Below, piece by piece: positions 11,793 to 23,676 of a stretch of 64,000 bases of DNA. Source of the stretch: Yuukianura sp. NJ FZ-2021 (Eukaryota); NCBI GenBank assembly GCA_046563655.1, contig JAJCTO010000010.1, forward strand, positions 558,001 to 622,000. Reading direction: 5' to 3'. The position numbers and the translations under genes were made by a program. Numbering within the stretch: position 1 is the first letter of the stretch; each line of letters starts with the position of its first letter. The notes under the pieces were generated by a model. It had not been told where the DNA came from and did no database searches. It saw only the letters and a list, made by a program, of their open reading frames with translations.

Positions 11793-12702
11793 TTAGTAGT
11801 TTACTTTTAACAATTGCTGCTCATAAAATCCGCCAGGTATTGGCACTCCTTTCAAATCCTGAAGAGAATAAACTCGAGGAATTGTTTCACGAACTTTGAC
11901 GACTGTGTAAATCTCCTTATTATAGTTTGCAGTATATCCTTTTTCGAATGTTTTCTTGTTTCTCGCAATCAAAACCCTGTCTCCCTCATAGAATTTTGGA
12001 GGATATATAACACAATTCGTTCTGGATACAGCGTATTGTACACTTTTGCTTCGTTTGCTTTTGTGACTTCGTTTGGCTTCATTTTTATGCTGCGATGATA
12101 CGAATTGTTGTATAAATTTTCAAAATCATGAAGCTTATTTACAAATCGCTTGGTGTTATTGTGTGTCATGTTCCAAACAATGTTCGAATGAATCTCTCGA
12201 TGACAACACTTTTCAAAGGCGAATAACTCCAAAACAGTTTGATTCCTAACCCGCTTATGTATTTTTCCATTGTTTTGTTTAAGAACTCTCCGCCCTTGTC
12301 AACGTTTATTCGTTTTGGTATGGCACCGCTTCGTTGAAGAATTTTCTTTAACGCGTTTGTTACAGTCATAGCAGTGTTATTTGGTATAGCTTCAATCCAT
12401 GCTTGCTTGGAAAATACGTCAATGATGACGAGGAGGTACTTCTTTTTGAAGTTGTAATTTGCAAATTTTCTAATATCCTTCGGATCCATTGCGTATTGTT
12501 CATGTATTCCGTTGGAGTATACCCTACGACGCAAAAATCGTCGTGTCACAGGGTAATGCAAGGTGTAGGCGGGCACAGACTTTAAACGCTGCTGTGCAAT
12601 TTTCCGTCTCGCTTTGCCCCCGTTGGGCAAAAAGTTTGACAGTCCGCTAAAGCTGCCAGAGTTCTCCAAATTCGTCCAACGCTCTGTCACCTTCCTTTCC
12701 AT
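11793..12702 (-). pseudogene. Polinton retroviral-like (rve, DDE) integrase A, frameshifted
   Basis: GSFSG, YTLH, YLLVIIDVFSK, VDKGGEF, IERFIRTL, NNSYHRSIKMKP, FEKGYTANY and GFYEQQL, spread over shifted frames. Confidence 0.9.
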
Positions 12703-12765
12703 GATGAAGAGTGATAAAAGCTGACAGCGCAAAGCAATATTTAATCAGTCAGCAAGCAGCGAAAC

Positions 12766-12979
12766 ATGGAATTCGACTATCGTCTTCGACATCCATTTGT
12801 GATGACATGTGCAGGACCTACTCAGGCTGGAAAATCAACCCTAATTGAGGAGCTGATAAGAAGAAAAGATGAACTAATATTCCCCAGGATTGAGAAAGTA
12901 ATATTCTGTTACAATGAGGATGAACCTGCTTTTGCAGATGGATTAAAAAAGCAGCTCGGAGACTCGCGCATACATTTCC
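12766..12979 (+). pseudogene. Polinton packaging ATPase, N-terminal part, truncated by the Helentron end
   Basis: HPFVMTCAGPTQAGKST Walker A, head-to-head with integrase A. The frame breaks at the 12980 terminal motif. Confidence 0.85.
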
Positions 12980-13236
12980 AAACAAGGTAGGGCGATGCTC
13001 AAGGGTTGAGCATAGGTCTTCTGGAGTAGACTAGTGATGCGACATAAAAAATGGAGTTGGCAATGGACGTTACAGAATTGAAATGGCAATTTATTTCAAA
13101 ATATACGAGAATTAAACTAATGATTAGATCACGTACAAATACAATTCAAATGAGATAAGGCAAGCTAGTGACTGAACTTTATGAATTACTATTATAGAAT
13201 TACTAAACCTACGAGCAAGATTTCACGAATAGCAAT

Positions 13237-13869
13237 TCAATCTTCGGTTTGATTGTGACGCTTCTGTTTATCTTGTTTTAATTTCAATGTCTTCCTGAAG
13301 GAATGTAGCTGAGTAAACGTGGGAAGTTTTAGGTCCTCCAATTGTTTACCGTTAGCTGCAACTACTCTGAACATCAACCAAAGTGCGAGCAAGGAACAGG
13401 AATCCGGGTAGCAAGGCTTCATGATGTTTGGAAACTTGTATTTTTTAAACTTGATGTTTGTTTCAGGAAAACACGCTTGTAAGCGAAGCATCACATTACA
13501 TTTTGTTGCTTTTTCAAAGATTGATCCATTGTTTTGGCAATAGTAAATAGCTAAGCTTGCGTCGAGATCCAGAAACAAAAGGGAAATGTGGTCGAACAGT
13601 GTTGTTGGGATGTAGCCATGGGTATTGAACACTACCGGAATCATGATCTTCCGCTGTTCGACGTACTGTAGCGACGGGAATGAGGAGACCTTCATTGAAT
13701 AGATTTGTTTCAGAGATTTGCACACTCCGATCTTTGAGCCTTCAATTTCTACTGAGACGTCTCCTTCTTGGACAAAATGAAAGTTTTCTTTGTTTTTGTG
13801 TTTAAACTCAGCCACAATCTTCTGAAATTCGTCGGAAGCGATGCCATCAAAGAAAATTAATCGACCCAT
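13237..13869 (-). CDS. Putative Ulp1/SENP-like (clan CE) cysteine protease
   Basis: KIMIPV...DHISLLFLD...IYY...DSCSLLAL follows the IxIP...HWxLxxxD...YYDS...CG order of C48 proteases. The Asp position is not conserved. Confidence 0.5.
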   Translation of the reverse strand: MGRLIFFDGIASDEFQKIVAEFKHKNKENFHFVQEGDVSVEIEGSKIGVCKSLKQIYSMKVSSFPSLQYVEQRKIMIPVVFNTHGYIPTTLFDHISLLFLDLDASLAIYYCQNNGSIFEKATKCNVMLRLQACFPETNIKFKKYKFPNIMKPCYPDSCSLLALWLMFRVVAANGKQLEDLKLPTFTQLHSFRKTLKLKQDKQKRHNQTED

Positions 13870-14438
13870 TTCGCAGTTATAAAATTTTTATCTGAGAGAC
13901 ACTGATTAAAACTAAATACGATTTTGCAAATTTAAGATATTCGACACATTTTTACACTTATTATGTAACAACATTGCAAAATGCAGTCACATATGTTGTC
14001 AAGGAAACACTAATTAGGCCAAAAAGTCAAGAGAAATTAGTTTTAGGTATTTCAAAGTTTCGTAACTTTTGATAACGAAAACATGTATTGAATGCATTGA
14101 TACATCAAAATATGACATGAATGGACTCAGAAAACTGTCTGACGACATTCTTCAAATTTCTAACTATTGGAGTTAAATAAAATACCATGGCTAATTACTT
14201 AAAATTGAGTATCCGCCCACACAGTAAATAAGTCGTCATCACAACAAAACTGATGTTTATTTTTTAATGTTTATCAGAATTAGCACTAAGCAGCGTTTCG
14301 AAGTTATTAACGAAAATCATTTTTCAAAAGTTGTGATCCGTTCAAGTACGTTCAGATTCTCGTGACCAACGTGATCTACATTGAAGTTTTGTAACTCTTC
14401 AACTTTTTCTTCAAGTATCTATTGCGTAAGGCGTTAGT

Positions 14439-15696
14439 ATGCCGCCTAAGAAGAAGGGATCTTCTAATCCCAAAGCTGAGCCTTCGCAGAAGATTCCAAA
14501 ATGGGTCGATGCAGAAGGTAATTCATAAAATAAAACAAATTTTCAACATCATTGGTATACATTTTTTGGAACTCGTATTTTTCTTAAATAGAAATCGAAA
14601 CGAGTGATGCAGCTATTGATCAAGCGCAAAATGCCAGTGATGTGAGTGAGAACCTTGAATCCAATACTTCAAGTGCGGAACATAATGTACAACCTTCAGG
14701 TAATTGTTAAATGTACTTTGAAAACCAATGTCGCTTTTACAGTAGTATGACTAATCATTTTTATTTATTAAGCCTATCAAAGTGGATACGCTCTGATTGA
14801 ACCCATGCCAGGTTTTAGCGGTACCCAAAGCTGCATGTCGCCGTTTCAGCAGTGGAAAAGCCAGATTCGAAAAGCTCAAGTCAAAACAAGCGAGGACTCA
14901 ACTGAACTTGCCGTGATCGCTGTGAAGCAGCTGCATTCTAACCTCCCAGTTACATCTCGTGTAATCGAAGTTCTCGTGTTGAAGGTTGCACGACCAATGG
15001 CGTACGGAAACGGAGGACAGCTGTAGCATTTTGTTTTTGGTGACGAGTCCGGGGAGATCCAGTTCACTTTGTTTGGAGGAATGAAAACAGAATGGGAATC
15101 ACTGCTCCAGGTAAGTATAAATCAACAATTAGAAAATTATTTTCACATTGTATGAATAATTATCAGATAATCTGTTTCAGATCAACGCTTTTGTGCGGAT
15201 CGAAAACTTTTTACTTCGACCAAGGGACAACAGAAACAAATGGACAAACTCATCCTTTGATGCCAGTAGCGCTGACACCACCGTCATCACTGTACCCAAA
15301 GGAACTGCCAATGAAGTGAAGTTGTCACCAGTCGATTCCGAAGATCTCCAGTTAATGTCAGCCGGGCAATTTGTTGATATGGCGGGTCTTGTGATTCAAA
15401 TTCAAGATATCAAGGAGTGCACTACATGCAAACTGCGACAAATTACCCTTGTGGACAAGACTGGAAAATTTAGCGTCAAACTTTGGAACCATTTGTTTGA
15501 GACGTTGGAGGTTACTCAGTTTGAAGTCATGTTATTCAAGCTGGCTAAAATCTCAAGTTACAACGGAGTCAATTCAATCGATTGTAATCTCGGAGATTTG
15601 ATCTTAGTGGGAAATGATCACAGCATGGCTAAAGATTTGTCACAGTGGTTTGAGACTGCCGACGCAGATACGCTGAATCGACTATTACAACAGTAA
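14439..15696 (+). pseudogene. RPA70-like OB-fold ssDNA-binding protein, 4 predicted exons, one nonsense codon at 15024
   Basis: ATG at 14439 (MPPKKK). GT-AG introns at about 14518-14591, 14700-14772 and 15110-15180. FGDESGEIQFT (DBD-A-like); RQITLVDKTG...KLWN, KISSYNG and LSQWF (DBD-B-like). Confidence 0.75.
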
Positions 15697-15800
15697 AAAT
15701 CTTAATCAATTCTCATACAAAGTGATTAATTTCCAATAAGGAAACTACTTAAAAAAATAAATAAAACAAAAGTGTTTATGATTACTGACTTTTTACACAG

Positions 15801-18560
15801 TTTATTTGTTTATTTGCCACTGATACCCTGCATACAGGTAATTACATCGTGGATGCTTGTAGTAAAGTTAAGAAGTAATGAGTACTGTAATGAATGAAGT
15901 ATTGCGATATTCGTTAGTTTAAGTTAAGGTGTAAAATGTGAAATTAAATTAAAAGAAAATATGAGCGAATGGAATTGATTTAAGTTAATTAATTTTTTTT
16001 TAAGATAAGTTAAAATTGTAAAGGAGCGATTCTAGGCTATCATCTAGAGAATTCAAATAGTTAAGTTCGGAGATTTGCTGCCGCTCCACGAAGTACGCTG
16101 CAATAGTTTTACGCAATATGGAGGGACTTGTACTGGTTAGTAGTGAACGATATTCCACAGGTAACAAATTAATGAGACGCGACACGGTTGGAACGAACGA
16201 TTTCGGGTGGTATTTCCTGCTATTCACAACGTATGTACCGGATCTGGTAGATGTAGTGTTGGACGAGTGACACGAAATTTCTGAGGTGATGGATTCGAAG
16301 TACGGAATTTTGTTACAAACCAAGTTTCGGTATACAAGTAGTTGTTCTACGATGCCGATGTTGGTTGGAATTAGCCAGTTTAGAGTAGAGTTGATTTTTG
16401 AACGAACACAGTCTTTTTTTCGCATTTTGAAAATGAATCGTATGGCTCGTCTGAATATTTTGTTGACGCAGTTGAAATTAGACTTGTTGCAGTTAGACCA
16501 AAGTATGATCATGTAATTAATAATTGGAATAAAGTAAGAAGTGATCATTAGTTTTCTGTTGAACTCGGACAGAAGGTCTTGAATAGGGTAAAAAGACCAC
16601 AAGATTCTGTTGCACTTTTTAACCATTTCACTTATGTGTTCACACCAAGATAATGAGTTGTCCAGTATCAGCCCAAGTGTCTTGAAGGAAGTTACACTTG
16701 TGATTGCAGTATTTGCAATATTTAGGGTGATCTGGCCAATGTTTTTGACTGTGTTTTTGCTTCCAACCAGTAGCACCTTCGTTTTTTCAATATGGATGTT
16801 GTGATGGTTGATCTTCATCCATTGAACGATGTTGGAAATGACTGCTTCCGCTCTCAGAATTAATTGATCAATCAATTTAGGGTCCCCTCCAATGACGATG
16901 TTATTGTCATCGGCGAATAAAATTGGAGTTCCATCATTGATTATCCATGGCAAATCGTTGATCATGATTGAAAATAGAAGTGGGCCTAGGATGGATCCCT
17001 GGGGTACTGAGAGTATTGTTGGTTTTCGTTGTGAAAAATTCCCATTGATGTTTACTTGCTGAGTCCTGCTGTTGAGGTAAGATTCAAACCATGAAGTTGA
17101 AACATTGTACCACTTCAGTTTTTCAATTAAGATATTTTTGTCAACCGTGTCAAATGCTTTTTGCAAATCAAGTGAGATGATTAGGCAGACCTCACCAAGA
17201 TGTAATTTAGAATAAACTAACTCCGTTAGAGCCAATTGAGCCATGGGTGGTGGAATGGTGTTGTCTGAGTCCAAATTGATTTTTATGTAATAGTGAGTGA
17301 CGACTGAGAAAAGTTTTCAGTTGCTGATGTGCGAATTTTTCACACAGTTTTGCGATGAGAGGTTGTAATGATATTGGCCGTGTTTCAGAAGGATGTTTGG
17401 GGTTGCAAACTTTTGGCAATGGGATCACAACAGAGTTCTGTAGCGAATTTGGGAAGACTCCACTTGTAAAACTTTGGTTAATAATGTGAACTAATTGATT
17501 TGAAATGTTTGGTGCTTCAATGCAGTGAGAAAGAATCCAATTTGAGAGCCCACACTGATCTTTAGTTTTCTTGAGTTTGTTCTTGGTAGTCTTCCATGTT
17601 TTGATCAGTGTCGATGTTGTGATTTTTGTTAGGTTGAATTTTTCAATGGGTGTAATGATTGCTGGCGGTTTGACCGGAAGCGCACTTGCAATAAATTTTG
17701 GAGTTGTAATTGAAATATAGTAGTCATTAATTTCATCAGGAGTGAAGCTAAGACTCACTTTCGCTTTTTGTGCGGTTGGGCGAATTTTGTTTATTGCTTT
17801 GTGAGGGCCAAGCTTTTTGATCGCTATATTAAGTGTGTCTTTCATGTCTAATTTCACATTCACCTTCACTAATTTTTTTAATTTCTTTAGCTCCGCATTC
17901 TGAAGGTTTGACAGATTTGAAACTTTCGCCAGAAGGTCACGCTCAGCGATGAGAGTTTTTGTTTTACTTGAGATCGTAAGTGGAGTCGTGCGTTGGGTAA
18001 TCGATAATTTCTTTACTTTAATTGTATCACGGAAATTAGTGCTAACTTTGGAAATAAATTCTTGAAACTGCGAGTCCAAGTTGCTTTCGGTGTCACTGAA
18101 AGTAGTAAAGCTGGACTTTAGGCCAAATTCTTCGTAGTCAAAGTTGGTGTAGTCTTCGTAAATAATGTTCACTTTCGGGAGTTTGGGTTTCACTAGGTTG
18201 ACTGTAATTAGTGTAGCACTGTGATCTGAAATACTGGGATCAAATACATTTGTGGTTTCTATGAGGCTAGGATTGTTAGTAAAAATTAGATCAAGTGTTG
18301 AATTGCCTCTGGTTGGGTCAGTGATGAGTTGATTAAAGATGGAGGTAGTTTGTTTGAAATTGGCTTGACACTTGGCTGGAATGTTAATTTTGTTTAAGTT
18401 GAAGTCACCCAGAACAAAACAATTTTTTTTGGAGAGCGCAAGCTCTTTAAAAAGTTCAGTCATTGAGTTAAGGTCTGCATCAATAGCCTTTGAGGTGTAA
18501 TTTGGAATTCTGTAGACACTAGAAATGATGATGGATTTGTTGTAATTAAGTTTGAAAAAA
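15801..18560 (-). mobile_element. 5'-truncated LINE (CR1/L2-group) with partial APE endonuclease and RT, frameshifted at ~17250
   Basis: GDFN, TLDLIF and SDH (endonuclease). RPISL, DLQKAFDTV, VPQGSILGPLLF, FADD and LGLILD (RT). Short AATAAAC-like repeats at the 3' end. Confidence 0.9.
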
Positions 18561-18897
18561 AAATTCCCAACTTGAAGGCTAAAGTTAAACTTGAATTTTT
18601 TCACAAAATACCAAATGCATAGAACCGAAAAAGGGTAATTACTTAAAAATTCTTCGTAGCGTTTATCTAAGAAAACTTGAAGTTGGAATATAGAATCGAG
18701 AAATGCTTATTACTTTCGTATGTTCATATTACTTTCGTAAATTTCCTTTATGAAAACTGATTGGAACTAATAAACATTTTTATTGCAGTAAAATTCCTAC
18801 AGAACTTTGTATATAAATTGCTTCATTTGGAGAATGATTGTTTGATTAGTATCACTGCGATGAAGTTGAATTAATACAGATGGTAGTATCGATGCAC

Positions 18898-20100
18898 TCA
18901 TGGCGAAAAACGACCCCAAATTGGCTCGTGAATGGAAGTGGCGGAGATGTACAATCCAATAGAGTGCAAAGGAAACGAAGACAGTATTGCGTCGATTGAT
19001 GTTCCGAACTTCGTGGTAGGCATAGTCGGGGATTGAAGGGCCAATCCCAGAGTAGCCAATGACATCATCTCCGGAGATTCTCGTAAGGCAATGTTCACGT
19101 TCAAATCACCAGCCACAATTGTACGTGTTCCTCCAAGCTCCCCCATAACGTCTGCAAGCGCAGTAGCCACCAAACTAAAATTGAAACCTGGTGACCGGTA
19201 TAAGGCGATCACATTTGTGCCAGATATATTAACACAGGCGAGGCTGCAAGTTCCGGTTCCATGTTCAACGAATCTTGACGTGGCATGTCGAACTTGATCT
19301 GTCAAATGTTGCCTGATGTAAATCCTGGCCCCCAGTGCTCGCCTTTCAGTCGCACAATCCACGCTGCACATTTTGACATGATCTCCAATTGTAAAATTGT
19401 CTTCCGGTAGAGTCCATGTCTCCACAAATAACAGAATATCGCTCATTTTGCAACTGGCGTCAGTGTTTTGGCAAGGACTGAACGTTGTGGTATAGAAATT
19501 GAATTAATCCGTCTTCCCGCTGATGCAGAGATCGAAACACCGGCAGCAGTTTCATGGTTTCATGTCGCTCCATTTCCAATGCTAGTGGGCTTGTAGGCGA
19601 AAGAGGCTTAGGTGCCCTGAAGTCCCCCATAATGTAAAGCCCACTGGCTTTCGTAGGTCGAGAACAACCGACGTAGATTAAGGCACGAGAGATGTGACGG
19701 GTACCATCAATATGCAGTACGGCACTGTGAAATATAAATTGGCGTAAGTTTTAATATCTTCTGTACGTGACGTGATATACTTACGCTGTGCAAGTGATGC
19801 CTTGACTCTTGTGAATTGTAATTGCTTCAGCTGGAACGAGAGGGAATTGTTTTCGTGTGATTTTGATATTTGCGTTCTTTTGATGTATCTCCTGTGTGAG
19901 CATTTCCACTGGCGTCCAAATCGACTCTACGCCTAAATTTCCGGCAATAAATCCATACCGATGTCGCAACTGTTGACCACTTCTTAAATCTTCGAATTCT
20001 ATCCACAAGCGAAGTGGGATACGGTCATCAGGATCCTGTACTGCAACCCCAAGATCGATTCTCCGTAGAATGCCAGTCACCCCATTTACCAATCCATCTG
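18898..20100 (-). pseudogene. Helentron Pif1 helicase C-terminus fused to APE endonuclease
   Basis: GLVNG, RKQFPLVPAEAITIHKSQG, a 60-nt GT-AG intron at 19725-19784, YVGCSR, then YHNVQSL, ETW, YRSP, GDLN, TSID and SIHEP. Confidence 0.85.
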
Positions 20101-20264
20101 ACCATCCAATACTAGCAGCAGCATATGAAGATGCTACCAAAAACAAGCCAAATAGCTATTTATTTTTTGACATGTCCCAACAACAAAATGATGAACACAG
20201 AATTCGCTCTGAAATATTTCCAGATTCAACTTGTATTGTTTATTTACATCGGAAAAGTTATTGA
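20100..20264 (+). pseudogene. Polinton packaging ATPase, C-terminal fragment
   Basis: AYEDATKNKPNSYLFFD...RIRSEIFP is a typical Polinton ATPase tail. The central Walker B region is absent. Confidence 0.7.
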
Positions 20265-20623
20265 ACGTGTTTCTTAAGTTCTAACATTGCTTGTAATAAA
20301 CAATTAAACAATTCAAATTTCATGCTGAGTCCAATGATTCCTTCGACTGGATTCCTGATGTTAATGTGGGTGGCGGCTGGGGACGCTATACCAACCTCGT
20401 CCCCAAGATATACCATCCAGCCATCGTCCAAATGTACTTGGGGTGCCGGGTATGGCTTCGTAGCAGAGGTTTTAATTTCAACCAGAGTAGGGATTATTAC
20501 AGTTCCCTTGACAGCAGATTTGACGTTCCGGTTCTTTAATCGCTTCAATTTTGGCGGATTTGGTGCTTTCACGTGCTGAATTTCGTATTCAAAGGTTGGT
20601 GATGGAGAACGGGACTTTTCCAT
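20258..20623 (-). CDS. Hypothetical Polinton protein, possible PC4-like domain
   Basis: HINIRNP...GLSMKFELFNCL loosely resembles the PC4 pattern (YVxIR...GISL...W..L). Weak. Confidence 0.3.
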   Translation of the reverse strand: MEKSRSPSPTFEYEIQHVKAPNPPKLKRLKNRNVKSAVKGTVIIPTLVEIKTSATKPYPAPQVHLDDGWMVYLGDEVGIASPAATHINIRNPVEGIIGLSMKFELFNCLLQAMLELKKHVQ

Positions 20624-20854
20624 TTTATTAACACCACAATTCAGAGAACACGACTTGCAAATGTTGATTGTCGTGGAGGATTTTTTTGTGAAAAGAAATC
20701 GGAAAAATCTTGTAATCGCTGAACAAGTACAGCTCATGACCAACACGAGTGACGAACTAACCAAAAATCTCAAATTGTGACTATTGAAATACCTTATTTT
20801 CCCCATCAATGTGACTCATGACGTCAGTCAAGCTTTGTCACGTGAGGAGTCACA

Positions 20855-21184
20855 ATGTCGGAGAAGATTAAGTCCAACAAACGTTTTTTAAAATACATTT
20901 CCAGTTGTACACCGGCTCAGCGAGAAGCGTTATTACGTCATGCCACCCCAGATGAGATAAAGAGTCTTTGTGAGTGCGTCATGAATGCGTACTGCAAAAA
21001 CGTTTCCCTAACACCATCTGTCGTTGCTAAACTCAAACCGTTCCGTGGCACAATAACGAAAATTGCAAGGCATCCAAAGCAGTCGATTCGGAAACGGAGA
21101 TTGCTTTTAAGTCAGCGAGGTGGCGCATTTTTACCTATTCTTCTCTCAGCGCTCTTGCCGACAGTACTCTCTCTTTTCAAATAA
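20855..21184 (+). CDS. Polinton PW protein
   Basis: Basic helical protein with LCECVMNAY, ending QRGGAFLPILLSALLP (QxGG motif plus hydrophobic tail). Confidence 0.8.
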   Translation: MSEKIKSNKRFLKYISSCTPAQREALLRHATPDEIKSLCECVMNAYCKNVSLTPSVVAKLKPFRGTITKIARHPKQSIRKRRLLLSQRGGAFLPILLSALLPTVLSLFK

Positions 21185-21576
21185 TGATGCGTCGAATGCG
21201 TCTAGTACCGGCAAAGAAGGCGTTAGAATGTCAAAAGGCATTAGAAAGTCAAAAGAATCCAACAAAGCACAATTCAAAAAAGTCATCGTCAACGACTTCT
21301 GAGAACAGGAAACCTACTAGAAAACCAGTCAAAAAATCAAACGTTAAAACCGTTCTCTCAAAAAGGAAACCACCAAAAGAGGTGAAAAATATGATTTATC
21401 AAGACAAGTTGCGCAGAACTATTGCCCGACAAAAGATTGCTGCTCAAAAACCGCTTTTGGTTAAAAACGTTTCGAAAGAAACTCTTGCGACGCAGCCAAT
21501 TTTTATGAAAGCGACTTCGCCGGAAGGTTACCATGACTTGAATAGCTTTAGCGTTGTTTCTGCTCCATACAAGTAG
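21184..21576 (+). CDS. PW-adjacent Polinton protein, homologous to 26457-27026
   Basis: RRMRLVP...VKNMIYQ...PLLVKNV versus RKMKLVP...VKVLLYQ...PILVKNV. Confidence 0.6.
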   Translation: MMRRMRLVPAKKALECQKALESQKNPTKHNSKKSSSTTSENRKPTRKPVKKSNVKTVLSKRKPPKEVKNMIYQDKLRRTIARQKIAAQKPLLVKNVSKETLATQPIFMKATSPEGYHDLNSFSVVSAPYK

Positions 21577-21791
21577 TATGTAAAGTACAACACTTGTAAA
21601 TCCCCCCCTATGTAACAGACTTGAGCAATACCAGACCACTTGTCAACACCTTTTTCTTAAGAACACTAGACCACTTGTCAATACTTTCTCTTAGTCAACA
21701 GCATAATCAACTGCCGTCAGAGAAATTCTATATTCGAATATAAATGAGATTTACAAATGAGAAACGCTTTCATTTCTACGTCGCACACAGA

Positions 21792-23240
21792 ATGGATAAC
21801 TTTTATGTTCATCTTCAAAGCGACTCATCCCAAGGATTCTATCCTTCAAACACCATTTCTAATTTCCGTAATCATCTCAGTCGACCAATTACATTAGACG
21901 ACAATGCATACGAAGTAGCATTAGCTGAGTGTAGCTACACATTCAAAAACCCTACAATTGGCACAAATCAACACGTGCTTAGTATTAGATCAATTCACGG
22001 AATCGAAAACCCAGATCCAGAAAATGGTTAAAAAATTCATAACAATTTACCGAGCCATGGGATTGACAGTTCTGGAGTTCTCTATGTTGACAAAGAAAAA
22101 AAGTTAATTTCGTCTATCTTGTGGGATTTTTGTGCTTCACATGGATGTGACCTCCCGTACGGCACAACACTTTTCAATCAAGAAAATAAAGACTTTGGGA
22201 AGCTAAATATGATTGTTAATATAACACAAACAAAGCTGGCAGCAAGACAAAAAATCACAAATATTCATGAATTGTGTAAAGAACTTGCTAGTTTACTTAA
22301 ACCATTTGCCATAACAGTGGAGACGGATGAAGTCCAGTTTAATAAAAATATTCTCACAGTTCGGATAATATACGACAAACCACACACTCAAGAAGCAATC
22401 GTGTTTACAAGCAAAATCCATGAGATTTTAGGGCAACATGGAAGTGGAATGATTTACAAAGATAAAAAAATTGTTAATCTTATGCATTCGATTGACATAC
22501 CAATTAATATCGAACAATATGACCAAATGCTTTCTGTAAATGTCATTGATCACGCACTCAGATTATATCATCTAGAACAATTGACACACTTACAATCAGA
22601 TAACAAATTCAAAATGTCAAATAAAATGTTTTGGAAAAGTGTTGCGAAATCTTCCCCTGTTCCACTAAACATAAGTGAATATGAAGACAAAATGATAACA
22701 TATTCTATGAAAGCAGAGCACGTCTACCTAGCAGCTAAATGTAGCTCAATTGAAGACATGATAGCTGCAATAAATAGCTCAGCAATTGGATATAAATTTC
22801 AACTCAATGAAAATCATATAACATACACCATTGACTCTGCCAAATTCAAGGGTGAAGACATTCAGTTCAATAGCTACTGTGCAGCTGTTTTGGGTTTAAC
22901 CCACACTAAAGTAAAAACTGATGATGAAGGAAATAAAGTTTTCGTTGGGGAATACGTTCCAGCTTTCAACTATGGTAAAACACGAATGTTTATTTACACT
23001 GATATTGTTGAAAATCAGTTTGTAGGCCACCAGATGGCTCCACTACTAAGAATCGCCAACTACGAAGGAGAAAATAACAAAGTTGCCACCATTGATTTTG
23101 CACATTTGCAATACATTCCTGTTAAAAAAACTTACATTGAATCCATCCATGCATTTATAAGAAGTGAATCTGGAGATACTTTGCCATTTGATACTGGTAC
23201 ATTCTCAGCTACACTTCACTTTCGTCAGAGAAGATTTTAG
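21792..23240 (+). pseudogene. Polinton minor capsid (penton/PX) protein with a long central insertion and one in-frame TAA at 22029
   Basis: N-terminal FYVHLQSDSS..FYPSNTISNFRNHL...YEVALAE. C-terminal FIYTDIV...VGHQMAPLLR...YIPV...LPF...TLHFR. Confidence 0.85.
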
Positions 23241-23241
23241 A

Positions 23242-23676
23242 ATGCAGCGTCATACTGTTGATGACTTTTACCAAGTATTTCAACCACAATCTGGAGGCGG
23301 TGATATTTCTGGAAGATTACTTTTTTACAACCCAAACTTTGTACGCCAGAAAGGGGCTGGCTTTGGATCATTCTTGTTGAATATTGGAAGAAAGTTGATC
23401 CCAATAGCTAAAAAGTATATTTTACCACACGCTACAACTGCACTGAAAAATGTTGCTTATGACGTTTTAAACAATAATAGTAATTTAGTTGATAGCCTAA
23501 AATCCAATGTCAAACAAGCCATAAAAGGAGTTGGAAACGACATTTTGAACCAGTCTGGAAGTGGAGGTGGAAGTGTAATAAAGTCAAGAAAACGAAAAAT
23601 ACATAAAAATTCTTTTTCGTGTTTTCAGAGAAAAAAAGCTAAAAAGTCAATATCTCATAACATCTTCAACGTCTAA
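23242..23676 (+). CDS. Polinton PZ core protein
   Basis: Repeated QxGxG motifs (QSGGG, QKGAG, QSGSG), amphipathic FGSFLLNIGRKLIP segment, basic tail ending NIF. Lies between the minor and major capsid genes. Confidence 0.8.
   Translation: MQRHTVDDFYQVFQPQSGGGDISGRLLFYNPNFVRQKGAGFGSFLLNIGRKLIPIAKKYILPHATTALKNVAYDVLNNNSNLVDSLKSNVKQAIKGVGNDILNQSGSGGGSVIKSRKRKIHKNSFSCFQRKKAKKSISHNIFNV

Larger units (their letters stand above)
12980..20100 (-). mobile_element. Helentron (endonuclease-encoding Helitron), 5'-truncated, with nested LINE
   Basis: Pif1 C-terminus fused to an APE endonuclease on the minus strand, plus RPA70-like and cysteine-protease-like genes. Terminal hairpin ATGCTCAA-GGG-TTGAGCAT (12995-13013) lies just before a T-rich end. 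The same ~45-bp end recurs at 30777. Confidence 0.75.
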
